DNA of 64,000 nucleotides, from NCBI RefSeq assembly GCF_006345805.1, contig NW_021833073.1, positions 1 to 64,000 on the forward strand, given 5' to 3'. The notes under the pieces are model-generated. The model had not been told where the DNA came from. It ran no database searches and saw nothing but the letters and a program-made list of their open reading frames with translations. Both the position numbers and the translations under genes were made by a program. This document shows, piece by piece, positions 11,787 to 23,622 of this stretch (positions are counted from its first letter, which is position 1; each line of letters opens with the position of its first letter). This DNA is from Octopus sinensis (lineage: Eukaryota).

Positions 11787-14540
11787 ATTTCTTTATTACC
11801 TGTAAGGCTATACAAATAAAGCTTGTCGACGAATACAAAACATAACGACAATACAAAACGAGACATAACATAAATTCGGGGAACTAAAAGTTTACAAAAA
11901 GAAGATGAAAGGATGAAAAATAAAAGAAACGAATGATAGCATGAAAGAATGAAAATGAGGCATAATGCCCACTCGACCCCTGAAGTCAAGTGGTTACATT
12001 GATACATTATTTTTAACAGTCTTTTCTCTTTTTCCTTTTTACAATTAAAAGTTCACATTAATAGAAGATTTTACAGATTTTCCTCTTTTTAATAAAATAT
12101 ATCCTCATACTCCACCAAAGACGGCGGGGCGTCACGCAACCATATTACTTGTATTTCTTTTATAGCTTCTCAAAATGTATCCAGAACTCTCTCGTACCTG
12201 TCTTCATGTACCAAAGTACCTCTGTCACTTGCGTTATATTCCTCTTTGGGCAGGTTCACTCTCACCACTCCTTTCCATTTTGTTATACTTTTCTCCGCCT
12301 CTACACATTTTTATAGACTATCAGTACACCTTCATAATTGCATTCTTCCTCATTTGTTGCTACTGCCACCACTTGCACACTTTTAGGTTTAAAATGGTCA
12401 TTACCCTTTTGTGACTTCTTAGTTTCTGTTGACTTTTCCCTTGGCTTTCCGAATAAAACGCATTTCTAGGCATGTTCCTGACCAACTCTCCCCAAAGCAG
12501 AGAGAAAGCACCGCCAGCAAAACCGCTGCAAAGTAGCACAAAAACAATTCAAAAACTGTTAAAAACACTGACACAAAATAACAACTGTAAAATTAACTTA
12601 CAAACTGCCACAAAAATTAACGCCGTCCGACTCGACTATGATTTCTTTATTTGGCACTACGGCCACAACACAGAGGGGGACACTACAAGGACAGACGCAA
12701 CACTACAGTGGGGACATAAAACGAATGAGAATGAGAGGATATATAAAAATGAAATGGCTGCATGGGCCCCACTTCCATGCAGTACCATTTGAACGTTTAT
12801 ATAAACCATTTACAATCGTTCTTATTGTTTTTTCTTAATCCCATTTTTTTCTGCTTTTTTTTTAAATGAAACAATTTTACTTTTCTTTTTTCATTTTTTC
12901 AACAAAACAATTTTTGTTTCTTTTTTAATACCTCATGAAAGGTTCTAAATCTTTTAGGTCCACTACTGGTGGCAATTCGTCGAACTCCACCAAAACTACT
13001 GGCGGGTCAATCCCGCTCGCACACATATCTTTTAATCTGTTGTAAGTGTCCTTGTCAACCATGATGGCATTAGCATTCTCTGAATACACATCCGTGGGTA
13101 ACTTCACTCTTATGTTAAGTTTAAATTTAAAAACTTTCTTTTCAGTTTCTTTGCTTTTCGCATACGTCACAAAATTCCATCGATTTTTTCTTCTTCTTTG
13201 TTTTCTCTTTTCCTGCTCCACTCTGAACAGTCTCTCCATTTCACCCTCGTACAGTTGCACTCCTGAAGCCCTTTCCTCCACTGGAATAACCGGTGTCTTC
13301 ACCATTGTCTCCTCCCTTATGTAACTCCTCCTCGAATACTTTTTCAATTTCCTTTTCACTTTCTTTGTCCACCACCATTTTGTCTTCCTTCCTTCTGGTC
13401 ACAACCTTCATTTCCACCTCTTCTTTCTTCGTTTTCTGCTCCTCTGGCGAAGGGCTCACTCTCTCAATTCTCTTCCTTTTCTTAACCATCTTGAATTCCA
13501 CCTCCGTTGTTTTCTCCTTTATCTCGAACTGTACCACCTGGACCGTACTCTCCTGTCTCTCCATCTGCTCTATCTGTTGTTCTCTCTGGGGGCACCTGGC
13601 CTTTTTCACCTGAATGTAAAACATATAGGCGGCTTGTCCTCCTCCACCACTCTCATTATTAAGTCATCGGGCAGCACGATCTCTTCAACAATCCGGTTTA
13701 GGCCTTCCTCTGTTGCTTGGACGGTTAGCTCAATCCCATATCCCTAGCAGTTAACACTTTGGGTCCTTGTGACCTTCAGTATCTTGGCCTCCTCATTCAT
13801 GTCATACATTATGGCTGTCATCTGCCATGTTTCTTTCAGTTCTGGGGGCACTTTGCCAACTCGCACTCTGGCCACACGTTTACCAGAGTACGATGGCAAA
13901 GTACCCATTCCTCCGACCTTATTGCCTCCGTGAAGTGCTTAATTGCTTCCTCTTCTGATGCAAAACGCACCTCCACAGTAGCGTACTTTCCCCCTCTTGT
14001 TATGAACGTGATTAGTCTTTTAACACTCTTTCAACACTCTTCAATAGCCTCAATTGACGCTATTTCTATCTTCCTTGTTTCTATCTTCATCGTCTTAAAT
14101 ATCACCGTCCTTTTCGTTATATTGGCTGTTAGTTCCAGAGGCGGCGTTAATTTAAGTGTATCTCCATCTCTTTCCAGCAACTTCTCGCATTCCTTAATTT
14201 TTCGTGGTTCCACCTTTATTTCACGTACCTCCAGCGTTTCCGCATCTATCCCTTTTCCAGTTGCAACCTCATAACTGTGGCCACCTGCTAGCGCTTTCTC
14301 CATTTTTCCACAATCGGGAAAAAAACCAATTCAAAATAACACTAAAAACAATTTGAACAGTAACAGTCAATCAAACAAATATTTAACACTATGACTTACG
14401 TCTAAAAAAACCACTAAAACCGGATGTGAATCCGACTTTGCTATGAAATAACACGAAATTCTACGAACCATATATGCTCTTTCGGTTTAGTCCATTCCTC
14501 ATAAGAGGGTATCCTGACTCTCATCACAACACTGGAATTC
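11787..14540 (-). mobile_element. ORF1-only Tx1-like retroposon (HAL1-like), degenerate copy
   Basis: Gag-like ORF from 14303 to 12925 in pieces (RTVIFKT...ITRGGKYATVEVRF...PSYSGKRV...PPICF..ARCP degenerate knuckle, then a charged tail), homologous to 31554-32748 and 17100-17600. About 1.1 kb of non-coding sequence follows, ending AATAAAGAAAT at 11787-11797. No RT and no TSD found. Confidence 0.7.
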
Positions 14541-14546
14541 TTTTTT

Positions 14547-14908
14547 ACTCTAGGTACAAGGCACGAAATTTTGGGGGAGGAGGCCAGTCGATTAGATCGA
14601 CACCACTACGCAACTAGTACTCAATTTATCGACCCCGAAAGGATAAAAGGCAAAGTCGACCTCGGCGGAATTTGAACTAAGAATGTAAAGATAGACGAAA
14701 TACCTATTTTTTACTACCCACAAGGGACTGAACACAAGGTCAGACAAACGGATTAAGTCGATTATATCGACCCCAGTGTGTAACTGGTACTTATTTAATC
14801 GACCCCGAAAGGATGAAAGGCAAAGTCGACCTCGCTGGAATTTGAACTCAGAACGTAGCGGCTAAGCATTTCGCCCGGAGTGCTAACGTTTCTGCCAGCT
14901 CGCCGCCT
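14547..14908 (-). mobile_element. Two nested tRNA-derived SINEs (family A) with different 3' tails
   Basis: A-box ggcagaaacgttagc, B-box gttcaaattcc, core gcctttcatcctttcggggtcgat. The inner copy's tail ends at 14706, joined to ggtatttcgtctatct of the host copy. Confidence 0.85.
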
Positions 14909-15409
14909 TTCATCACTATATTAAGAATAAAGTTATCATTTTGATTTTCGCTATTCCTTGTGTACACGGGGATTTATTATCATTTGAGAGATACCAGCAG
15001 AGACCAACAAACCATTTCTGGTCTCTCTGCTGTCCTTACACACTCTGCAGTTCTCCTCCTTTACACACCTTGGTTTACTGAGTATCCTCTGCATTTACAT
15101 TTACCGTATACAAAGTACACATCTCTGGTGCTGGTACAATGTCAGAGAGCACCCACTTCATGTTCCATCAAGAACAAACTGTTTGACATGGAGCTGGCTA
15201 GCAGGGAGCTGTCCAAACTACAATTGTCTCTTGTGGCATGGTTTCTATGACTAGATGCCCTCCCTAATGCCAGCTAATGCCAACTGTGAATTAATAAGCT
15301 GTATACTATATCAAACTGAGCCCACATCATCATCTTTAACATGTCTCACAGCTCAAACCTTATACTGAATATTTCATCCATTCGCAGAAAATGATTTCAA
15401 ATTTTAGTA

Positions 15410-15747
15410 CAAGACCAGGAAATGGATAAATCAGTTATGTCAACCCCAGTGTTCAACTGGTACTTATTTATCAACCCCAAAAGGGATGAAAGGCAAAGTC
15501 GATGTCGGAGGAATTTGAACTCAGAACGTAAGGACGGACGAAATGCCACTAAGCATTTTTCCTGGCATGCTAGCGATTCTTTTCTACTCTAGGCACAAGG
15601 CCCGAAATTGTTGGGGGGGGGGGGTGCAGTCGATTAGATCGACCCCAGTATGCAACTAGTACATAATTTATCGACCCGAAAGGATGAAAGGCGAAGTCGA
15701 GCTAGGCGGAATTTGAACTCAGAACATAAGTTAGGACGGACGAAATA
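15410..15747 (-). mobile_element. Two stacked family-A SINEs
   Basis: Two cgacccc.aaaggatgaaaggc.aagtcga cores; junction at 15578-15580. Confidence 0.85.
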
Positions 15748-17952
15748 TCAATTTCTTTATTGCCCACCGGTGGCCAAACATAGAAATGGACAGAATAACT
15801 GATGGGATCAGTAATGCGATATGATTTTACATATAATATGACTTCAAAAATTTAAATAAAATATTTAAAAAATCGAATGAAATTAAAAATACAGAGATAA
15901 TACAAATGAAGCTATGATAAAGCCACGCTCCGACCCCACAAGCTCCGATCTATCACTGGTACCTTTTTTTATTCTTTTTTTTTTTTCGTCTTATTCACAC
16001 GGTTCCTTGCACACACAGCACTCGTGCGACATGCTTCCATCTTTTTTTGAATACACTCACCGACAGGCATCTCCTCTCCAATCACACCATCTTTTTCAAG
16101 TGAAAAGTGAAAAACAATTTTAACTCGTGTCCGGAGATAAAGTTACCCGTCTTAATCCCTTTTATCCTTGTCTTCCACACTGCCTCTTTCGCTATTGCAA
16201 CAACAGTGAGAAAACAATTATTACCTTTATTTGTTAAAAATTCCGGTGGGTCAACTTTATAATTGACCCAGTCGACAGCTGTACTCTTCCTTCGCCGGAC
16301 AACAAGTGTTCAGCATAAACCCACATTTCAGATATCTGAAATGTACAATACCGTGAGGGACGGTTTCCCTATCCACCCCCACATCTTGGATAGGTCGGAG
16401 AGTGAGGTTTTCCATGTCTTGCGTGTTTATCCCAAATGGGTAAGGCGCCCCTGTAACATTGCCAGGTCAAGGACATTTGGAAATTGTCCAACGTTCTCAA
16501 CCCGAATGTACAGTGGAACAAGCTGTCGAGTTAAATATACCCGAGATCTAGAGTCCCCGCTAGGCCATCGTCACATTCAGACTCTATCAACCCGCTTTAT
16601 AAAAAACGTTTAGAACCCCCACCGCTGGCATTGCCCTAGGGCCGGAATAGCAAGAGGGCCTTACGGCACTCTTTATGCCACTCACTCGACCTCGGTCTAC
16701 GAGAACACCAGGCTTCCTGTTCGCAAAAACTGTTGAACTCGGGGAACATTTGTCTGACTAGCGGAGACCACACCCTTTCACCATCCAGGAGGATCCAGAG
16801 ATGCCTCAACCTCTACGCATGCCTGTGCATCATTAACCAAGGCATCCCTAAACCTCCCTTTAACGGCTTCTGACAACAGATAGTGCGTTTCACAAGTGGC
16901 AACTTGCCCTTCCACAAAAAGCGAAAGAGCTACCTCTCCAACCTGATCACCCACGAATCCGGACAGGGCACGACGGTCAGGCTGTAAATAATGACCGGTG
17001 TGATAAACACATTGGCCACCTCCGCCCTACCTTGCAGGGATAGCCACCGCCAAGACCAGGTCTTGACTATTGCAGCCACCCGGCTGAGCATTTTTGAAGT
17101 CCAATATGTATTCTCTGTGACGGTAGCTTGCAGGAGGTTAATATTATCTTCCCCGTTTGCCAGGACTGCAGCCATCAAGCACACAGGCTTTACTCCGGGT
17201 GGAATTCTTGGTATTCTATCAAACCTTGGATGTTCTGATTCCCGTGGAAATTGGGATTAATATTGTATCTAATGATTTTACAGTGTTGTGCCGTTTCTGC
17301 GTTCTTGAACCTCACCACGATGGTTCCAAACTTCTTCCTTCTGGCTAGATATGTAATTTCCTGCTAGATGGGTTTTAAACATTTTGCAATTTTTTGCTCA
17401 CATATCTTATCAATTTTTCGAGCTTTTAAGCAGAATGTCTTAAAAATAATAATTTTCCTTTTTTCCTCCGTTAATCCTTCTTCTGGTATTTCCACTTTTA
17501 CCGCTCCATCTCGTTCTGTCATCATTCCCTTGTATTTTAATATATTTTTTGCCAGTTGACAGCTGTCGCGTTCCACTACCAGCTGCTAACGCAAAACTTT
17601 TTCTTTCTTCATTTTGTATGGTTTTGCTTCTATATTTCTTTTGGTATCCGTAACTTTTGGTCATGCAGGGAATTCACTTTCCGAAACATCAGAAATGTTA
17701 TCACAAATTAAACTTTCTATCTTCCTTGCTTCCCGCTCGGTCGATGAATTCTCACCCGTCGAAGAAAACACTTTTCGGCATCTTGCCGGCAATTAATGTT
17801 TTCTCCCACAGGGGAAAACCACAGATAGCTTTCAAAAGAAAACTATAATACAATTTTTAAACAATAAGTCCAACAATAGGCACAACAAGAGATATAACAA
17901 TTAACAAAAACTTACTTTACAAACACAATCCAACAATAAATTTTCAATAACA
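15748..17952 (-). mobile_element. Internally deleted Tx1-like LINE (ORF1 N-half fused to ORF2 C-terminus)
   Basis: ORF1-like KIIIFKT..RKI region; fusion ORF 16930-17184 runs into WLSLQGRAEVANVF...VVPCPD, which aligns with 26516-27568. 3' AATAAAGAAAT at about 15751-15761. Imperfect TSD gac(g/a)gacgaaata at 15735-15747 and 17953-17965. Confidence 0.8.
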
Positions 17953-17965
17953 GACAGACGAAATA

Positions 17966-18198
17966 CCTATTTCTTTACTACTCACAAGGGGCTAAACACA
18001 GAGAGGGCAAACAAGGACAGACAAACGGATTAAGTCGATTATATCGACCCCAGTGCGTGACTGGTACTTATTTAATCGACCCCGAAAGGATGTAAGGCAA
18101 AGTCGACCTCGCCGGAATTTGAACTCAGAACGTAGCGGCAGACGAAATACCGGTAAGCACTTCGCCCGACGTGCTAACGATTCTGCCAGCTCGCCGCC
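17966..18198 (-). mobile_element. Full-length family-A SINE with LINE-like tail
   Basis: ggcggcgagctggcagaatcgttagc...gttcaaattcc...core...tail ending gtagtaaagaaata. Confidence 0.9.
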
Positions 18199-18626
18199 TT
18201 TCCGACTCACAGATTATATAATCCGTGGAAATGGCAAAAAAGCTCGCTTTGCAACCATGATGTTTCGTGTTGAATCCCACAGCGTGGCACCTTGGTAGGA
18301 GGAAGTAACAATGCTGTGAATGTCTTTAGGGTCTCTGACAAAGGCGAGAAGGAAAGAAGATTCATAACACGAAGGAGGAGATTTATGTTATCTTTCACTT
18401 GTCGTCGGATAGCGGCTCTGCTGGAGCACCATCTCCACCCCGCAGTTGAAAGTTCAAGTCTGGTATTTATTCAACCAGTCACGCTTGCCGAATCGCTATG
18501 TTACGGGGATGCAAACAGGTTAACACCGGTTGTCAAGTGGCGGCGGAGACAAATGCAAACACAAACACATACATATACACGTGGTGCACATATGCACACA
18601 CACATAGAGGCACGCAAACAAATATC

Positions 18627-18675
<49 letters not shown>

Positions 18676-18683
18676 GTTATTAT
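18627..18683. repeat. (TAA)n tract at the 3' end of Dong/R4 copy 1
   Basis: Seen directly. Confidence 0.95.
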
Positions 18684-21600
18684 GTTTTTTCCTTCATTCT
18701 TCAAATTTTCTTCCGTTTCTCGCCGAGTGTTTTCCATACACCTAGGGCAGAGAAGGGCATTGTATGCATTCCAAGATTACACACGCAAATTCACAGGTAA
18801 AATATGTATCTAAAAAAATTAATAAATAAATAAATTCATGGATGGATGTTATTTTCACAGCGATAGTGCTCTTCCCAGTACATGAGCCGTTCCAGTTAAT
18901 ACGATTTTTTGCACTTCCTGTAGGGATGGTAAGCCTGGAATCATTTTCAAATAGGTTTCAGTACTTTTTTTTTATCATTCCTAGAGATCCTACAATCATT
19001 GGTACTGTAGTCGCCTTGAGATGCCACATTTTTTTCAATTTCTATTAGCAGGTCTTTAAATTTACTAATCTGGTCAAATTCTTTCGCCGCTATATTGTGA
19101 TCGCAAGGGATACTCATGTCAATTAATAAACACATCCTTTTTGTCTGATCTTTTATAATAATATCCGGTTTATTAGCTTTTATAGTTTTGTCGGTCTGTA
19201 CGGGGAATTCCCATAGAATCGACACATTTTCTCCCTCAGTCACAGCTTCAGGATGATGTTTATACCATTTGTCAGCGGTTTTGATTTTATAATGCCGACA
19301 TATTGTCCAATGTAAATACTGGCCGACTCTGTCATGTCTTGCTTTATATTCTGCAGGTGCTAAGACTCTACACCCTGAGATTAGGTGGTCTATTGTTTCA
19401 ATCTCATCGTTACAGAATCGGCATTTTGGGTTATCTCCATTTTTATCACATTGGCTTGGTAGTTCCGGGTTAATAAGCTTTGGTCTTGCGCAGCTAATAT
19501 GAAACCTTCACTCTCTGCTTTTAGCCCTGAGCTTCGTAACCATTGGTGTGACTGTTTCTGGTCGACATCAGCTTGTTTGTTACGGGCCACATACTTGCCA
19601 TGGAGAGGTTTCTGTTCCTATCTGCTAGCTAAATTTTCATGTGCTTTTGTCTTTGCAATTAATTTTATTTTCTTTGCAGCTTCAGGTGGCGTATTTCCTT
19701 CAGCCTGCTCAATCTGGCGGGTATCTAAGAGATCAGCAGCCAAATTCTTTGCTCTCTTTGAGAATTGAGTGAAGTCTTTTCAGTCTTTCATGTTTTTCAA
19801 CAAGTTTTAGCATCCAATCGTTGGTTGCTTCAAGGTATTTGGCCAGTCCGATGGTGGTGGTTTTGTATGTAAGTTCAAGCTGGGTCAAACCTCGACCACC
19901 CTGAGCTCTGGGAAGGTAAAGGCGATCCACGTCTGCCTTTGGATGGTGCATCTTATTACAAATCAGTAGCTTGCGGATTTTTCTGTCAATTTTCATTATT
20001 TCACTAGTATTCCAGTTAAGCACCTTGAAGCTGTAAAGAACAACTGGTACTGCTAAGGAATTTATGGCTAACACCTTATTATACCTTATTATATGCATTC
20101 AGCTCAGACTTCAGGACTGCTCGAACTCTTCTATAACATTCCTTCCTAACCTTCTCTCTCATGCTTGCATGCTGGATACCAGAGCCTTCCTAGGTATTTA
20201 TAGGTTTGTTCCTGCTCAAGTTCCTTTATTACTATTTCGACATCTAATTCGATTGAACTAGACTTAACCAATTTCCTTTTTTTAAAAGTGGCTTCGGCAC
20301 ACTTTTCAAGGCCAAGCTCCATCCCGATATAATCACTGAATCCTTTCACGGTATGTAATAATCCTTCAAGTACTTCATCATCTTTGCCATATAGCTTTAA
20401 GTCATCCATATAAAATAGATGGCTTATTTCCTGTTGTCAATTTTGTAGCCATATCCTGTTCTATTCAGTTCACTTGAGAGTGGTATTAGTGCTATGCAGA
20501 AATTAGTGGTGAAAGTGAGTCACTTGGAAATTCCACAGTTATGCTAATGTTGTTTTAGTGCAATACTCCATTAGAATGATATAATTGGAGCTTCGTGTTC
20601 CATAGAGACATGTTATACTTTAAAAAATCTGAGATCACAGGAGAAATTTTGAAAATGTCCAGCGATTTCAGAATCCACGAATGCGGTATGCTGTCAAAGA
20701 CTTTTTATATAATCAATCCATGAAGAGCTGAGATTTCTGCGCTTGTTATGGCAGTTCTCAAGGATCATGCGATTAATTAGGAGCTGATCTTTGCATCCGT
20801 ATGAGCCTCGTCTGCATCCTTTTTGTTCAGTGGGGAAGAGGTTATTCTCTTCCATAAACGTATATGTTTTCTCTACTAGAATGGATGTCAAAATCTTATA
20901 GGTAGTAGATAAACATGTTACAGGCCAGTAGTTTTTTGATTCTTTCGTTTTGTTATTTTTGGGGAGGAGGTAAGTAATACCATTTGCCATCTAATGGGGC
21001 GTTTTTTTCGGGTCTTTCATAATACTATTAAATAGTATTACTAACATTTTGTGTGCGGACGAGAGTGATGAGAGCCAGAAATTTGGTACTCTATCAATAC
21101 CAGGGGATTTCCACTTATGAGCCTTCGTTGGTGCCCTCCTTAGGTCGGCGATTGAGATGTCTTTCCATACCTGTTCTTGTAGATTTTTGTAGGCATCTTG
21201 GGTGCGTTTGATCCACTCTGCATTTTCATTGTATGGTTTCTCATTACTCCAGATCCCCTTCCAAAAGTTTTCAACTTTTTCCATTAGGGGTGGATTTTCA
21301 ATGGTTATTTTTTCTTTCCCTATTTCCCTGTAAAATGATTTGACATTGGATTTGAACATATTTTGTTTGTAGAATTTGATTCTTTTCTCAAATCTGCGTA
21401 TTCTCTGAGCTTTTGCTTGAACATTTTGTTTAAGTGTTTCTTTCGCTGACATTAGTTCTTCTCTTGTTGAGTGTCCATATTTTCTCACAATCTTCCTACC
21501 TTTTGTTGATCTTACATCATTTCCAGAGATTAGCTCAGTTAATATTGATATCTCCCTTCGCAATGATTCAATTTCAGTTTCAATTTACTCCTCCAGTTTG

Positions 21601-22595
21601 ATTTTCTTTTCGAATTTGGTATTGTTGGCTTTTTGGGTGTGTTAAACAGCGTCTTTCGATTACCTTAGCGAGAGTAAATAAATAATTTAATTAATTTATT
21701 AAGATCGGGCTTTAGTTGGTGTATGATTTCTTGTTGTAACGCAGTTGCCAATTTTTATTTGTGTTTTATGTGGTGTGTATTTGAGAGTTTATGAGTGGTT
21801 CCCTATCATTCATAGTTGTATGGCCTACAACTGCAAGCTCATTCAGAACTTCTTGCTTCATTTCTGTGTTGTTCAACAAACATGTGGTCTTCAAATTCTG
21901 TTTCGACATCATTTTCCGGGCTGTTTTTTCTAGGGTCATTATATTTTCCTTTTTCTTCAGGATCTTGAGTCGTTTCGACAGATGGTCGCTTTTCAGTCAA
22001 TGCTTGTGGCCCAACATTCCTCTCCTCAGCTTCGTTATTTCTTTCCTGACTTACATTTAGGTCATTCTCTACCACTTTTTTAATAGAAGTTAATTCTGCA
22101 TCCATCTGAGAGTCTGGTATTTCTGAAGATACTCTTCTAACATTGCTAATCTGTTTTCATCCAGGTTTGGTCTGCTAGCTAAATTCCGGCTCCTCAAAAT
22201 TCTGTAGGAGTTTGCGGTGTGTTTCTTGGGTGGCCTACTTAATGCAAAGTAATAAGCATATATACTTCTTTATATTCTTCCTGGTTCCATTTAGTTTTTT
22301 TTACTTTTTTGATTTTCTGGTCGTTGTGGTGGTGAACTCTGGGTGCTTAATTTGGGACAAATCCCGTTTAAGTGACCTTCCAGATTCGTATTCGGGGAAG
22401 ATATTCTGCCATTTGAAAAATTTTCGCCATCAGGCTGGCAGCCTCCTGACGGGCGCGCTTCCTGTATAACCATTGGACAAGCGATTAGGTGTACTGTTAG
22501 AAATTTTCGCTTCAAGTAAAGTTAAATTATTAAGTTTTCATTTAAAAAAAAGATAAATAAATAAAAAATTACCACTAATCTTCTTACAGGGTCCT
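18684..22595 (-). mobile_element. R4/Dong-like non-LTR retrotransposon (RT + REL endonuclease), near full length, degenerate
   Basis: KQNVQAKAQRIRRFEKR, EQKGCRRGSYGCKDQLLIN, YMDD at 20401-20412, CRFC...HLISGC...RHD knuckle, KPDIII...LIDMSIP REL motif; many frameshifts. Confidence 0.9.
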
Positions 22596-22600
22596 CATTT

Positions 22601-22624
22601 ATCATCATCATCATCATCATCATG

Positions 22625-22680
<56 letters not shown>
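22601..22680. repeat. (ATC)n/(TAA)n tract between Dong copies 1 and 2
   Basis: Seen directly. Confidence 0.95.
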
Positions 22681-22681
<1 letters not shown>

Positions 22682-23590
22682 GTCAGTTTTATTTTTATAG
22701 CTGGCTTTCACTTCACTACCGAGCGCAGCTCTGTGTGCCTTGGGTATGTGCTGTGGTTGTGTGTGTGATGCTCTGATGGTTACTGTATTGAAAATGTTTG
22801 CATAGGATGTGGGCAGTGCTAGTAGTGCAATTTTCTGTATGTTATATGGTTTGTAAGTCCTGGTGTTTTTGTTATGTATTTGTCTGAATATTTCTTTATC
22901 ATGCCTAATGCACCTACTATGATAGGAATTGTTTCTGTTTTTAGATTCCACATTCTGGTTACCTCTATTCCAGGTCTTTGTATTTTGAAAGTTTCTCCAT
23001 TTTTTTAGAGACACGTTGTCATCTGCTGGTATTGATACATCAATTAGAAAGCATTTTTTTCTTCATTATCTCTGACAACTATATCTGGTCTGTTGGCCTT
23101 AATTCTCTATCTGTGTGTATTGGCAATATCTCAGAGTATGGTTGCTTTCTCGTTTTCTGTGACCTTTTCTGGTTTGTGCCTATACCATCTTTTTTCTGTT
23201 GTTATTCCATAATGTTGGCATAGTTTCCAGTGTATGTAGGTCCCAACTCTGTCGTGTCTGTGAATATATTCCTTCTTAGCCAGCACTGGGCAGCCAGAGA
23301 TAATATGATTTATTGTTTCTTGTCCATCTCCACATATTCTGCAGTTACTTGTTATATTTCTTTTCATTATGTGTTTTTGGTAATTTCTGGCAGGGAGGCT
23401 TTGGTATTGTGCTGCAATTAAGAATCCCTCTGTCTCTGCTTTGAGTCCTGAGCTTCTCAACCATTGCTGGGATTTCTCTTTGTCTATTTCTTTTGCATTT
23501 ATTATAGTCCAGTATTTGCCATCGTTTTATCATGGTCCATTGCTGTTCTATTTTTAGTTTGGATTTCATTTGTTTTGTAGCTCTTCTTCT

Positions 23591-23622
<32 letters not shown>

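Noticed and set aside
11272-15368. About 85-bp inverted copies (11272-11356 and 15284-15368) as TIRs of a 4-kb transposon
   Set aside because: No TSD, no terminal motif and no transposase; more likely two fragments of a dispersed repeat.
14547-18198. CRISPR-like or regularly spaced repeat array
   Set aside because: The repeats are nested SINE bodies with Pol III boxes and irregular spacing, in a eukaryotic context.
22420-22460. GC-rich hairpin near the 5' end of Dong copy 1 as an HDV-like ribozyme
   Set aside because: It is only a simple stem-loop; the nested double pseudoknot could not be built, and it lies in the probable coding region.
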